From positions 434,001 to 498,000 of the forward strand of contig MU053995.1 in assembly GCA_013239625.1 (NCBI GenBank): 64,000 nt of DNA, read 5' to 3'. This stretch comes from Lama guanicoe (lineage: Eukaryota). Position numbers and translations under genes: made by a program. This document shows, one piece after another, positions 38,130 to 50,500 of this stretch (its first letter is position 1; the number at the start of each line of letters is the position of its first letter). The notes below the pieces were generated by a model, which was not told the DNA's origin, did not search any database, and saw nothing but the letters and a program-made list of their open reading frames with translations.

Positions 38130-38560
38130 GAGAGCTACGCCTGCGCAGTAGGGTGGACAGAGGAGGTAGTTTGGGGGATGGGGAGCTGGTCGCGTCAGAG
38201 GTAGGAAAGTGAAGCGAAAGTGACGCGAAAGTGACGCTTAACTGCCGCGCCGCCAGTTGCGCCGCCATTTGCCTGCCGGTGTACGGATTTCGGTTGGACT
38301 CTGTTCTGAACCTGCAGCTGCTTGGTCTTTTCTGCTCCTAGAGGGGTTAGTCGCGCGACACTATCACCAAAACCGACTCGGAAGCGCAGTGAGGCCTTGG
38401 GTTCAACCATGCCCAAGAATAAAGGTAATGCCATAGATGCTTGGGACCAAGGTTCCGCTTGGTTAAGTGCCCTAGACCTCCACTCGTGGTAGTGACAATT
38501 TTTCCTTCGCGTACTTGGCTGGTCTCTCTAGGAGCGACTTTGCGCGCGACAGGAGCTGTA
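38130..38560 (+). promoter_or_regulatory. CpG-rich promoter/5' UTR of the eIF1A gene
   Basis: Dense CpGs; NRF1-like CCTGCGCAG (~38140-38148); three tandem GAAAGTGA(A/C)GC units (38205-38237) with TGACG half-CREs; YY1-like CGCCGCCATTTG (38260-38271). Confidence 0.8.
38409..38424 (+). CDS. EIF1AY: eIF1A exon 1 coding part
   Basis: ACCATGCCCAAGAATAAAG|gtaatg (MPKNK-G). Confidence 0.95.
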
Positions 38561-41500
38561 AAGTTACACCTGTCTCTATCCCATTTTGCTTACCTTTGAG
38601 CAGAACTCACGCCATTTTTACACCACTGCGGAGAGTATACGGTTTTCTCCTGCTTCATCTCATTCATAGACGTTAACAAGTCTTTTCTATAACGTATCAT
38701 ATACATTTAACCAACATTTTCAGCCTTTTTGTTTGTTTGTTTATAAAATAGATTATAGCCGGAAAGATTACTGTTTCCACTATTGTGAGACAAACTGTCA
38801 CAAATTATCAGATTTGACATTTAAGTTTTCTTTAAACTTCCAAAGTGGGAAGCTTAACCTAGATAAAACAGGAAATCATCCTTTTCATAGACCTGAGCAG
38901 TTTGTCACTTACAATGTCTTTTTAAAGCGTCAAGAAAACTATATGCATAAACTATGAAAACGTATTTTCTATAGGATAGCACAACATTATTCTTTCTTGG
39001 GAACCACACCTACTGGTCTCTCCTTTCTACTTCACAGCTGGCTCTGGATATTTACTTCATTTTCTAGTTATCACCACTTACTTACCCATTGGAATATTAA
39101 GTCACCTTCTTTCCTTGCCCTATTCAGTGCAGTTCTCTTAGAGTCCTCCAAACCAACTGACAGATTGTTTTTGCAGTAGGGGTTTTACTGCTAATTATTC
39201 GGATAAGGCTACAGTTCTCTATCTAACATGTTATGTAAGTTACAAAAACTTTTTACAAACTTTTTGTTAGCCTTCTATAGGTAATGATTATCTCCTAGAT
39301 AATAACTGGACCACTTCAATACATACTTTGTTTCCATTTCTGTTTCTAGGGGTTAGGTCTCAAATTCTCTCACTACACTATGTATTCTAAAGTGAGTATT
39401 ATCTATTTCATTATGACCATTGGTACGCTACAGTTTGGCACTTAGATGTCCAATAAATGTTTGCTAATTTTCTCTAATTGTGCTTGACTCCATTCTTAGG
39501 TAAATAACAGGTTCTCCTCTCTTTCTGTAGAACTTTTAATCTAAATTATCCCTGAGAAAGATCGCATCAGAGAGTATCTCCAAAAGACATCTTATTTAAG
39601 GAAAATATTTGTGAAGTTTGGTTTAACCTAGTTTTTAGAAAGAAAGCAAGATAAATTATAATACATGTTGTATGGACAATTCTTTCAAAAGAATGTTTAA
39701 AATGGATTCTGTTACATGGTGGTAAAATAAGGGGGTGATTAAATTATGATTAATAAGTATACTGTAAACTCCTGGAAATTACAGTTCTGAACATAGAGTT
39801 TCAACATAGGTTCGGCTAAAGCCCTTTCTCTTTCTGGAGGTAATCATCATCCTGAATTTGATGTTTTCAATCTGTGTTTGTAAAATCAGTGTGTTACTTT
39901 CTGGCTTACTTAGTTGAAAGGTACTTTTTAAGACTCCTGAATTTTGAAGTTAAGTTTATTAATGTAGAACTAAAACTCTTGATGTTTTCCTTCACCTGAA
40001 AATTCAGAAGCCCTATGAATATAGTCTAGATGAGTGTTACCCAAGTAAGGACATAAATTACTTTGGGATTTATGTTGAGTAAATTTTGCTTTGGGCTTAT
40101 TCTCATTAAGCTTGTTTTCTTTAGAAATCTTAGAAAGCCATTCTAAAATGAGAAAAAAGAGCATCCTCTGACCCACTCATGAAGAATATTTGGGGTAAGA
40201 TGTGCTTACATAAAGGACATTTCTACATGAGATTTTTGAATTGCTATTTCTTTAGAAATATTCTATGAACCATTCTTGTATTATTTACTTGAAAAACTGC
40301 AAAACTCTGGTATATAACAGAGTAAGCAAAGCAGCTATGATCCTTATCTTAAAGAAGCTTTCAGGGTATTTTGAGCATGATTAATGGCATGATGGTCTTG
40401 AAATACAGAACACTTTAACATCTTGAGGAAAGTAGTTCTGGTATATCCTAGGCTTATATACAATAGTGACTCCAGATAGGTCAAGAAATTGTGAAGGCCC
40501 ACATGCCTTTTACTTTTAGTGCAGAGCAATGGGATTATGCCCAGGAGGGAAAGGGTACATTCAAGAAGATAGATGTCTGCTTTTACGGTGTTAGGTGCAC
40601 ATTTTTGATTCTGTTTGGGATGTGAACTTTTTGTCTCAAACTCTTGCCATGAGTTCCTTATTTCTACCTGTCATAGCCTTTCTTCCATCTGTTGGAAATG
40701 ACTGTTCTTGTGATGGAGGTTCTGGAATGGAATTAAAATGTATGAAGTACCATCATTCTTTATTATTCAGTAGGAAGTTTCAAAAGGAAGTAAAGTTAAC
40801 ACTATATTCAAATACATTAAAATTTAGCAAAAGCAAAGATTCAAAAGTACAGTTAAGTATGGTTTTAAATCATTAGCATAGTATGGTTGTGGCACAGGAC
40901 TAGATACTATTACTTTTTTGCTGATGATAGCGTAAATGAGTATAGCTAATCTAAAGTTTAAAGATGTGGATACATAACCTTTAACCCAGAAATTCTGCTT
41001 TTGTAAATTTATCCTATGGAAGTTATTTGTAGAATAATCTCAATTCAGTATTATTAAATGTCAGTGAAACATTAGATTAAATTACTGTGTTAAAATGTTC
41101 ATCCAAATCTTTGACTCACTTGACAGGAAAAAACATTTAGGACAAATTACTGAATAGGGTTAAAATAAGTTTCACAAAAGAATATGAAGTCCTATTTTTG
41201 TTTGAAAAGCATAGACAACAAAATGTTAACTATTATCCAGTATAATAAAATAAAAATCTGGTACTAGGATTTTGTTCTGTATAGTTTCATATCAAAAACA
41301 GTTTTATGTCAGAAAAATCTAAGTCCAGTTGTCCAAGGGTAGAGGGTTGGTGACATATTTATCTGGTAAGGAACTTAAAAGAGAACCTTTGACAAATTGT
41401 AAGTATAACTATTAGGTAACCAAATTAGGTTAAATTTTTACAATGTAATTTAGAATTCTGTTAATCTTATACTGCTATTTAAACAATAATCATTCATTTT

Positions 41501-44500
41501 TAAAATTTTTCTGTGTTTTTATAAAGTTTAAAGTCATATTTTAGCTTGTTTCGTACTTTGTAAAATATGAAACAGATTATTACACTTAGTTTTTTGTTCA
41601 CTTTTTTAATCGATTAGGTAAAGGAGGTAAAAACAGGCGCAGGGGTAAGAATGAAAATGAATCTGAAAAACGAGAATTGGTGTTTAAAGAGGACGGGCAA
41701 GGTATGAATTTTTTAGTTATTAATAATGTAAATTTTTCTTTAACCTAAAATGGATCTTAGTCGTAATCCTAAGCAGTTCTCACATATCTCCATTTTGCTT
41801 TTCCTCTTTTGTGATTCTCCAGAATTTTCTGTTAAATAACTAGGTCTGATAGAGGATTAATTGGTGACATTTCTGTGAACATAGTTGTCATTCTTGCATG
41901 TAGAAAAGCATGATAAACTGAGTGAATTTTAGGGTTTAGAGCAGATTCAGCCTGAATGCTTCATTGAAAACTTCCTGCTCTACTGTAGTAGTAAGTAATG
42001 TTATACATTATTCAGTAGACCATGAGAAATACATCCCAAGACTTTGGGGCCCTTTGATTATAAAATGTAATAAAACAACTGAATAATTGACTAACTCTGT
42101 TTAAGTAAAGCAGACTAAAATATTTTAAAAATGGATAAAGTAAATTGAAGCACCTTTTTCCCCTTAAAAAAAAGTTAAAGTTGTAGAAAAGTTAGAATAT
42201 GAGCACAACAAACTCCAATTGATTCTTTGCCTAGATTCACTAATTTTTAAAGTTTTCTTCTCATACTTAAATTTCTCTCTATGTATGTACATGTACATTT
42301 TTTTCTTAACCTTATAAAATTTCTTATAGATAGATCTGTTTACATACAGTTTTAGACTTTGGTCCTGAATACTTCAGTGTATATCACCCAGGAACAAGGA
42401 CTTTCTCTTTCATAACTACAATGATCAGAAGAAATTTAACTGTAAGACTATACTGTAATATTAATAGTGTATTGTTCACTATAGTAGCCACTATCCTTGT
42501 GTGGTATTTAAATGAACTGAAATTAAATTTTGAGCTATCAATTAACATATTCAATTTAGGTATGTAGTTTTCTGTCAACAGAAAAAAAATCTATTAGCTG
42601 TTGCTGATTTAGTATATAATCTACATTTACATTTCTCCATTTGTTTCAGTAATTTCCAGCACTTTATAACAAAACTGTCTAGTTATTCATGCCACACATA
42701 TAAGCCACTCCAGAAGTTAGTGTCTTTATTAATTATTTGAAACATGTTGTCTGGCTTTCAGTTACTTAGCATTCATCTTTTTCACTTCCATTAAAAGTTT
42801 GTCTTCAGGGCCAATGCTTAATTTGTTTTCTTCTTTTCTTTCTTATTTTTCCCCATGTGGAAGAAACGCTGAGCAGTAGGCTAGGGTCACTGGCTATGGT
42901 AAAAAGGATTCAGTGCCATATATCAACCCCACACACTGTAGACCCAATTTACCTCTCAGTGTAATTATAAAATTAGTCCAAGATCTCTCTGGGGTTAGTT
43001 CTTGGTAACATCTTTAGTACTGTGAATGTTTTTCTAGTAATTATCTGTTTCTTTCTCCTTACTCCTGTACCTGCTCTTGTCATTTAAATCTAGAAGAGAT
43101 TGCCACACACTGGCTACTGCTTTCAAGTGGCAGAAGAATCAGGCAGTCTTTTGAATATATTTAGAAGTATTTTTATTAAACATTTGGCATTTTATCTTAG
43201 AACATTATCTTTGTTTTTTAGAACTTTAAAATAATCACCGAAGTATTCTCAAATAAAGTTTATTAATAATTAAGATATAATTTAGTACCAGCAGAGTTTC
43301 TGAGGGAAAGGAGAGCCAAGATTTGGTTATTAGTCAAATGTGACAGCTTGATAAGTCAGCATTATACTGTTCGTTGTGGAATGAGCTACTTTGAAGTCTA
43401 CAGGTAGCACCCGCAAGTGATCTAATTTACTCCAAATGAGTAGTAATTAAAATATTCCTAAGCACAGAGAGCGCTTGTCATGGAAATGACATTTGTGACC
43501 TTGGACAATTACTTATGTAGGTTTTTATTTGCTATAAAAATAAGAGGGTAACATATATAAACATAGCTAGCAGAGGCTGTGTAGAAATTGTTGGACAGAC
43601 AGAGTTCTCTGGTTTTCCTGTCTAAAACTAAGATATGTCACCTTGAAAGAGCTCTCTTAGGATAGAATAACTAAACTTTTTGTTTATCAAACCTTCTTTT
43701 TTAAAAAATTATGATTTGACCTAAATTAAGTAGTGACAGTAGAGTTACCCAACATAATAATAATTGTTAGATTTTAATAAAAATTGAAGTATCTTATAGT
43801 TTTTTCATATTTTTTTACCCCTTAGAGTATGCTCAGGTAATCAAAATGTTGGGAAATGGGCGATTGGAAGCCATGTGTTTTGATGGTGTAAAGAGATTAT
43901 GTCATATCAGAGGAAAATTGAGAAAGAAGGTAAATATGGGAACTTGTTTTACCTTAATACAAAATTTGCTTTTTTAAAAAATGACTCTGATTTTAAATAC
44001 TATATGGGGCAAGCAACTTAGTTTTGTTGCCAGTTCTTCAAAGAATAGTGAGTTACATGACAATATAAGCATGTACAATACGAAGATTCTTGATAACTTT
44101 TATAATAGAAGATTATATTTATAGGGAATCATTTCCTTCACGTATTTTGGATGTCTGCCAGAAACGTATACTGTTGAGAAAACAATTAGACAAATCCAAT
44201 CTATTTTATAACTCTTAAAAAAAATAATATGCCATAAAAAAGAACTGGCAAATTAGGAAAAATTGCTATTCAAATGCAGTGTGTATTTCTTGATTAAACT
44301 GTGGTTTGGAGGAAATGATTGTACAAGGTATTAGGAAATTTGAGATTGGAGTATGTTAGATCATAATTATTAATCACACTACTTAAAAATTCCTTTGCTC
44401 TGATTTTTTTAATTTAAAATTATTTTTAGTCTTTTTCTTCTTTCTTTTCCAAGTTAATAGTGGTTTTAGGGTCTGTATATAGATTGATGACTGGAAGGCT

Positions 44501-47500
44501 ATATTTGTGTAGATGGCTGATTTTCATATATTTTGAATAATTAAATATCTTAGGAGTGATTTGTGATTAAAAGTCTCTAATTTCTATGACAAATGACTAT
44601 GCTTTTATAGTTTTTAAACTCTCAATTAGTTGAGATAAAATTATGTATTTTCAACATCCTAAATTAGAAAATTTGACACAAACTCAACTAGTATTCAGTT
44701 GAGTTTAGCTTTTTCTTAATAAAATGTGAGTATCTATAACTAAGCTCTTTCTCACAAAGGTGCACACACAAACATACCCACAATAGAATATATTCTATAG
44801 CTTTCCCTTAATTCTTAATAGATTCTTTTTTCTATTAAGAATTCACACTAGGTAAATAGTACATATTTTTATAGAAAGAAAGGATTAACATTGTAGTTTG
44901 TTATTTGGTTTTATTTCAAATATAATACACAGTGAATTTTCTTTTATAGGTTTGGATAAATACCTCAGATATTATATTGGTTGGTCTGCGAGACTATCAG
45001 GTAACAATAACATTTAAATTTGTAGTGTCCTTCTATTTACAAAGTCATTAATGTTTAGAAGAAGAAGTACAAACATATTTGATTTGACCAATGTAGCCAA
45101 TTACATGTTCTCACTATTCTGTCATCAGAATTTATTAAGGTCCAAATGTATTCAAGATTATAGGATTTTTCTCATCTGAAATAATTCTTACGGTTGATTA
45201 ATGGTGCATGTTTTGTGAGAAGACTGGTTGGTTCAATATTGCTCTTTTTTTTATTTTAAATGTAATGTGCAGTAAATATTCTCATAAAAGTTTGGATAGG
45301 TACCATAGACCATTCTGTCCTCATTTGATTAAAGGCCAGTTGTATTTGATGCATTGTACTAGGTACTCAGGGATTATGGTTTTCATATGTCAATCTGTGA
45401 AATATTGGTGCAGGCTGACATTTTCATTGTTCTATAATGAAATGAAGAAGAAATGCCCACATTTTAGGGTGTTTTTCAGGAAGCTGAATTATCTGTTTTC
45501 CTTTTTAATTTTTATTAATTACCTTTTCTAAACTAAGGGTGGTAGAATGGTGGTTTTTAATTAGTGTTCTTACTTGTCAAAACAAAAATTTGGTAAGTTT
45601 TATGTTGGGGTCCCAATTATTTTTTTATTTTTAAATTTAAAGATCCCACGTCCAAGTTTGGGAAACCATTATTTGAGAAAGTATAGATGAGTAAGTCAAA
45701 TTTTTACAATCTGAAAGAATTTTTCCAATCTGAAAATGGATAGATAAGACATGCACTTAGTAGTTATAATACAAGCTGTTTTTTAACTATACAAATTTGA
45801 GGTGGGCACTTAGATGATAGTTGTCCACTTTGATTTCAACCTTTAGACTATTCATGCATTTTGAATCTGAAATCTATTCGATTTCTGTCTATCAGAACCC
45901 ATCACCTATGTTTATATTGTGATTGAAATTATTGGTATTTATTTCTATTATTAGGTAGAGTTATCCATGGATACCTGTTATGTTTAACTGGTTTATAAAA
46001 TTTCAACCTTCTTTTTCCTTGTTGATCTTCTATGTAATTGTTCTATTCATGATTGAAAGAGGCATTTTTGAAGTCAGTTATTCTGTTTCATCTCCATAAT
46101 GTTTACTTTTTAAAATAATCAGTATTTATTGAATTTCTCTAGTTAGATATAGTCTCTAAAAATTAAAAAAGTTAGACATGATTTCTTTAGTTCTTTAAAA
46201 ATATTTATAGTAGCTGATATAATCTTTGTTAAATACAGCTTCTGCACTTTTTCATAAATGTTTGTATTGATTACGTTTTTTTCATGTATGTGGCCACCCC
46301 TTACCTATTTCTTTGTTGGTATCATAATTTTTTGTTCAAAACTGGAAATTGCAAATATAATGTGGCAAACTGGAAATTGAATTTCTTTTCTCAGAGTTTT
46401 TTCTTTTTGTTATTTGTTTATTTAGTGAAACAAATTAGTTTTCTGAAACTAATTCTGTAAGAACTGTATTTTTACTTCTGAGTAAAAATACATTCAAATT
46501 TTGCTTGAATGCTTATATTAGCAGACAACTTGTGCTTGAGATTTCACTAAAAACAATAAACTTCATAGCCTTCCTGGCTCTGTGCATGTTGGGGTATACT
46601 TTTTACACTCAGCTAGACAATTAACAGTTCTCTTAGAGAGTAGGCAAATTAGGATCTGCCCAGGTTTTTGCTGAGCTTGTGCATAGCCCTGATTCCATAT
46701 GTAAATGAGATCATACAGTATTTGTCTTTCTCTGTCTGACTTATTTCACTAAGCATAGTACCATCTATTTTGTCGCAGATGGCTGGATTTACTTCTGTCT
46801 CTTGGCTGAATGATATTCCTCTGTGTGTGTGTGACAGAGAGAAAGAGCGAGAGAGAGAGAGAGAGAGAGAGAGAGGGCTTTTTTTATTCATCCACGGATG
46901 GACACAGGTTGTTTCCATGTCTTGCCTATTATGAACATGGTGATGCACATCTCTTTGAGATCCTGTTTTTCATTTCTTTTGCATACATACCCAGAAGTGA
47001 GATTGCTAGATGAAATGGTAGTTCTGTTTTTGGTTTTCTATGGAACCTCCATACTTTCCTCTGTAGTGGCTACACCAATTTACATTCCCACTAACAGTAT
47101 AAGGGGGTACTCTTTTCTCCACACCCTCTCCAGGATTCATAATTTGTACACTTTTTAATGATGGCCATTCTGACCAGTGTGAATACATCATTGTAGTTTT
47201 GATTTGCCTTTCCCTAATAAACAGCAAGTGAAATTAAACATCTTTTCACGTGCCTATTTGCCATCTTTATGTCTTCGTTGGAAAAATACCTGTTCAGGTC
47301 TTCTGCCCACTTTTTAATCATGTGGGGTTTTTTGATATTAAGTTGTTTGAATTGTTTATGCATTTTGGATATAAACTCATTTTCAGTCATATCGCTTACA
47401 GTTTTTTTTTCCCATCCAGTAAGTTGTCTTTTCATTTGGTTGGTTTCCTTTGCTGTGAAAAAGCTTCTTTGTTTGATGTAATTCCACTTGTTGATTTTTG

Positions 47501-50500
47501 CTTTTGTTGCTTGTGCTTTTGGTGTCATATCCAAAAATAATTATCAACATCAACACCAAGTAGTTTTTCCTTCTTTTTTTCAGTAGTTTTATGATTTCAG
47601 GCCTTTTGTTCAGGTCTTTGATCTACTTCAAGTTAGTTTTTGGGGCAACAAAGGGGTCCAGTTTCTTTCTTTCTTTTTTTTTTGCACGTGAATATTCAGT
47701 TTTAACTTCGTTTACTGAAGAGACTGTCTTTTCTGTGCTGAATATTCTTGGTTCCCTTGTCAAATATGAAGTGACCTTATATGCAAAAATTTATTTCTGG
47801 ATTCTTGATTCTGTTCCATTAGTCAGTGGGTTTGTTTTAATGCCAATATCACACTGTTTTGACAACTGTAATTTGAAATCAGAAGGTGTGATGCCTTCAG
47901 CTTTATTCTTTCTCAACATTGCTTTTGCTTTTTGGAGTGTTTGTGGTTCTGTGCAATTTTATCTGTCGTGTAAAAATGCCGTTGGAATTTGATATGAATT
48001 ACATTGGATCTGAAGAGTGTTTTGGGTACTATGGACCCTTTAACAACATTTATTGTTTCTGTTGAGTAACATAGGATATATTTCCATTTATTTGTGTCTT
48101 CAGTTTCTTTCATCATTCAGTGTATAGGTCTTCCACCTCCTTGGTTAAATTTATTTCTAAGTATTTTCTGTTTGTTGCTGTTGCAAATGAGATTGTTTTC
48201 TTGATTTCTTTTTTAGATAGTTCATTGGGTTTATTACTAGTGTGCAGAGACATAACTCATTTCTGTATGTTGTTATATCCTGAAACTTCACTGTATTTAT
48301 TTTTGGTGTCTATTTTTATGAATCGAATCATACATTGACATCCTTTATTTTTTAATATTTATAATGAAAACTTGTGTACTATCTTTAAAAATGCATCGTC
48401 TTTATGTCCATTTTCTTGGTTCAACTTCATATAAACCCAAAAAGTAGACAGAATAATTATTAATTCCCTGTTTAATGGACAATGAAACCCAGTTCTTACA
48501 GTATTAATATTCTAATGTTAAAGTGATAGCCAGGAACATCACATCTGATTCTTAATCTTTTCTGATTAATTATATACCCTTGCTACTCAAAGAGTAATCC
48601 AAAGATAATAGCAGCATTGCCACCATCTAGAAGCATGTTATAAATGCAGGTTATTAGCACAGTCTCATAACTCCTGAGTCAGAATCTGAATTTTAACCCA
48701 TTCCTTTTATGCTTTATGTGCACATTTCAGTCCTAAAGTGTTGCTTTACATTACACTGCAGTTGCATCATGCATCACTGTGATGATTTCAGTTGAGTCCT
48801 TTCAGCTCGTTTCTAGATTAATTGTAGCATTTAAACTTTTTTTCCCCCTCTTAAATGACTCAGATTCTTTAAGATGGAGAAATGTGAACATTTTAGGGCA
48901 GTAGTTCTCAGGGATATTTGCGTCAGAAACACTCAGAAGAACTTTTTAAATACAGATTTTGGAGCTTCATCTCAGGTCTGTCAGTAATCAGGAGATACAT
49001 GTAGCTTTTTAAAGCTCTGCAAATGATTCTAACAGGTAAGCTATCATAAGAGCCACTGAATATAGAAAGGTATAGTAATTTTCTGAGTGATAATACTGTC
49101 AGTTTGAATTAGAGTGGTCATGAAAGTATCCACATTGACACTTTTTTCTTTCCTTTTCTTTTTGTTTTTAAAAACTTTCTTTGATTAAAGTGAATTCTAT
49201 AAGTGATTTTTTTAGGCTGCTTATTATTTGGTCTTGCATGCAAACTTTTTCCCACTAATTTAAACCCAAGGATTTCTTTTTTTGAGAGGGTAGAGGAAAG
49301 GCAAAGAAAAACAGAGTTTGTAACAGAACAGTGAGCTTTTTCTTAAAGTGTTTAATTTGAAAGTAACTTATGAGAAAACTGATGATATTTTGCCATAACC
49401 AGTTTTAATAATTATTTGTTTCTCTCTAAGGATAACAAAGCTGATGTAATTTTAAAGTACAATGCAGATGAAGCTAGAAGTCTGAAGGCTTATGGGGAGC
49501 TTCCAGAACATGGTAATTAATGTCCAAGTCATTACTTGTCTTATGTCTAATGTCTTATGTCTTATATCTTATGTCTTATGTCTTATGTCTTATGTTATTA
49601 TTAGCTTGTTGGTGTTTAGGTGAAGCAGTTTTGATATAATTATGCTTCTTTAACTTAATTGCATATGTGTTTGAAAAACAGTTTAAGGACGTAATTCATA
49701 TATTAATAATTTAGTAATAAATTGAATTTTGTTACTAATAAATGTTACTTTGGAGGGAAGGTTAAAAGTTTATAAACTCTGAATATATTAAAGGAATATA
49801 TTTGTTATAGTGTTTTTATCAATTCTCAAGAGATTATCTGGCTTCAGGTAAGATATAACAATTATTATACTCATATTGATTTTTATAGAAAATAGTACAG
49901 TTTATCATAACATCTTAATATTCCATATAGTTTTGTGGTGTGTGTATTTTTTTTAACAGATATCCCTTTCCTTTTTTTTTGTATTTTATTTTTGAGTTAT
50001 AGTCAGTTTGCAATGTTGTGTCAATGTCCAGTGAGGAGCACAATTTTTCAGTTATACATGAACATAAATATATTCATTGTTGCATTCTTTTTCACCATGA
50101 GCTACCACAAGATCTTGTATATATTTCCCTGTGCTATACAGTGTAGTCTTGTTTATCTGTTCTGTATATACCTGTCAATATCTACGTTTTTGAACTTGCA
50201 GTCTATCCCTTCCCACCCATCTCCCCCCTGCAACCCCAAGTTTGTATTCTATGTCTATGAGTCTGTTCCTGTTTTGTATTTATGTTTGGTTTTTTTTTTT
50301 AGATTCCACATATAAGCGATCTCATATGGTATTTTTCTTTCTCTTTCTGCCTTACTTCACTTGAAATAACATTCTCCAGGGACATCCATGTTACTGCAAA
50401 TGGCGTTATGTTGTCAGTTTTTATGGCTGAGTAGTATTTCATTGTATAAATACACCACATCTTCTTTATCCAGTCACCTGTTGATGGACATTTAGGCTGT

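Noticed and set aside
38014..38434. Minus-strand ORFs over the eIF1A promoter suggesting a bidirectional coding gene
   Set aside because: Short GC-rich ORFs with no recognisable homology or splice structure; the ATG of 38014-38268 is simply the YY1-like motif.
41702..43825. Intronic scaRNA/snoRNA (SCARNA9L is recalled to lie in a human EIF1AX intron)
   Set aside because: No convincing paired C/D boxes, GU-repeat or U2 guide sequence seen by eye; an Infernal/Rfam scan would be decisive.
48779..48870. Box C-like GTGATGA in intron 4
   Set aside because: No CTGA box D or terminal stem at a suitable distance.
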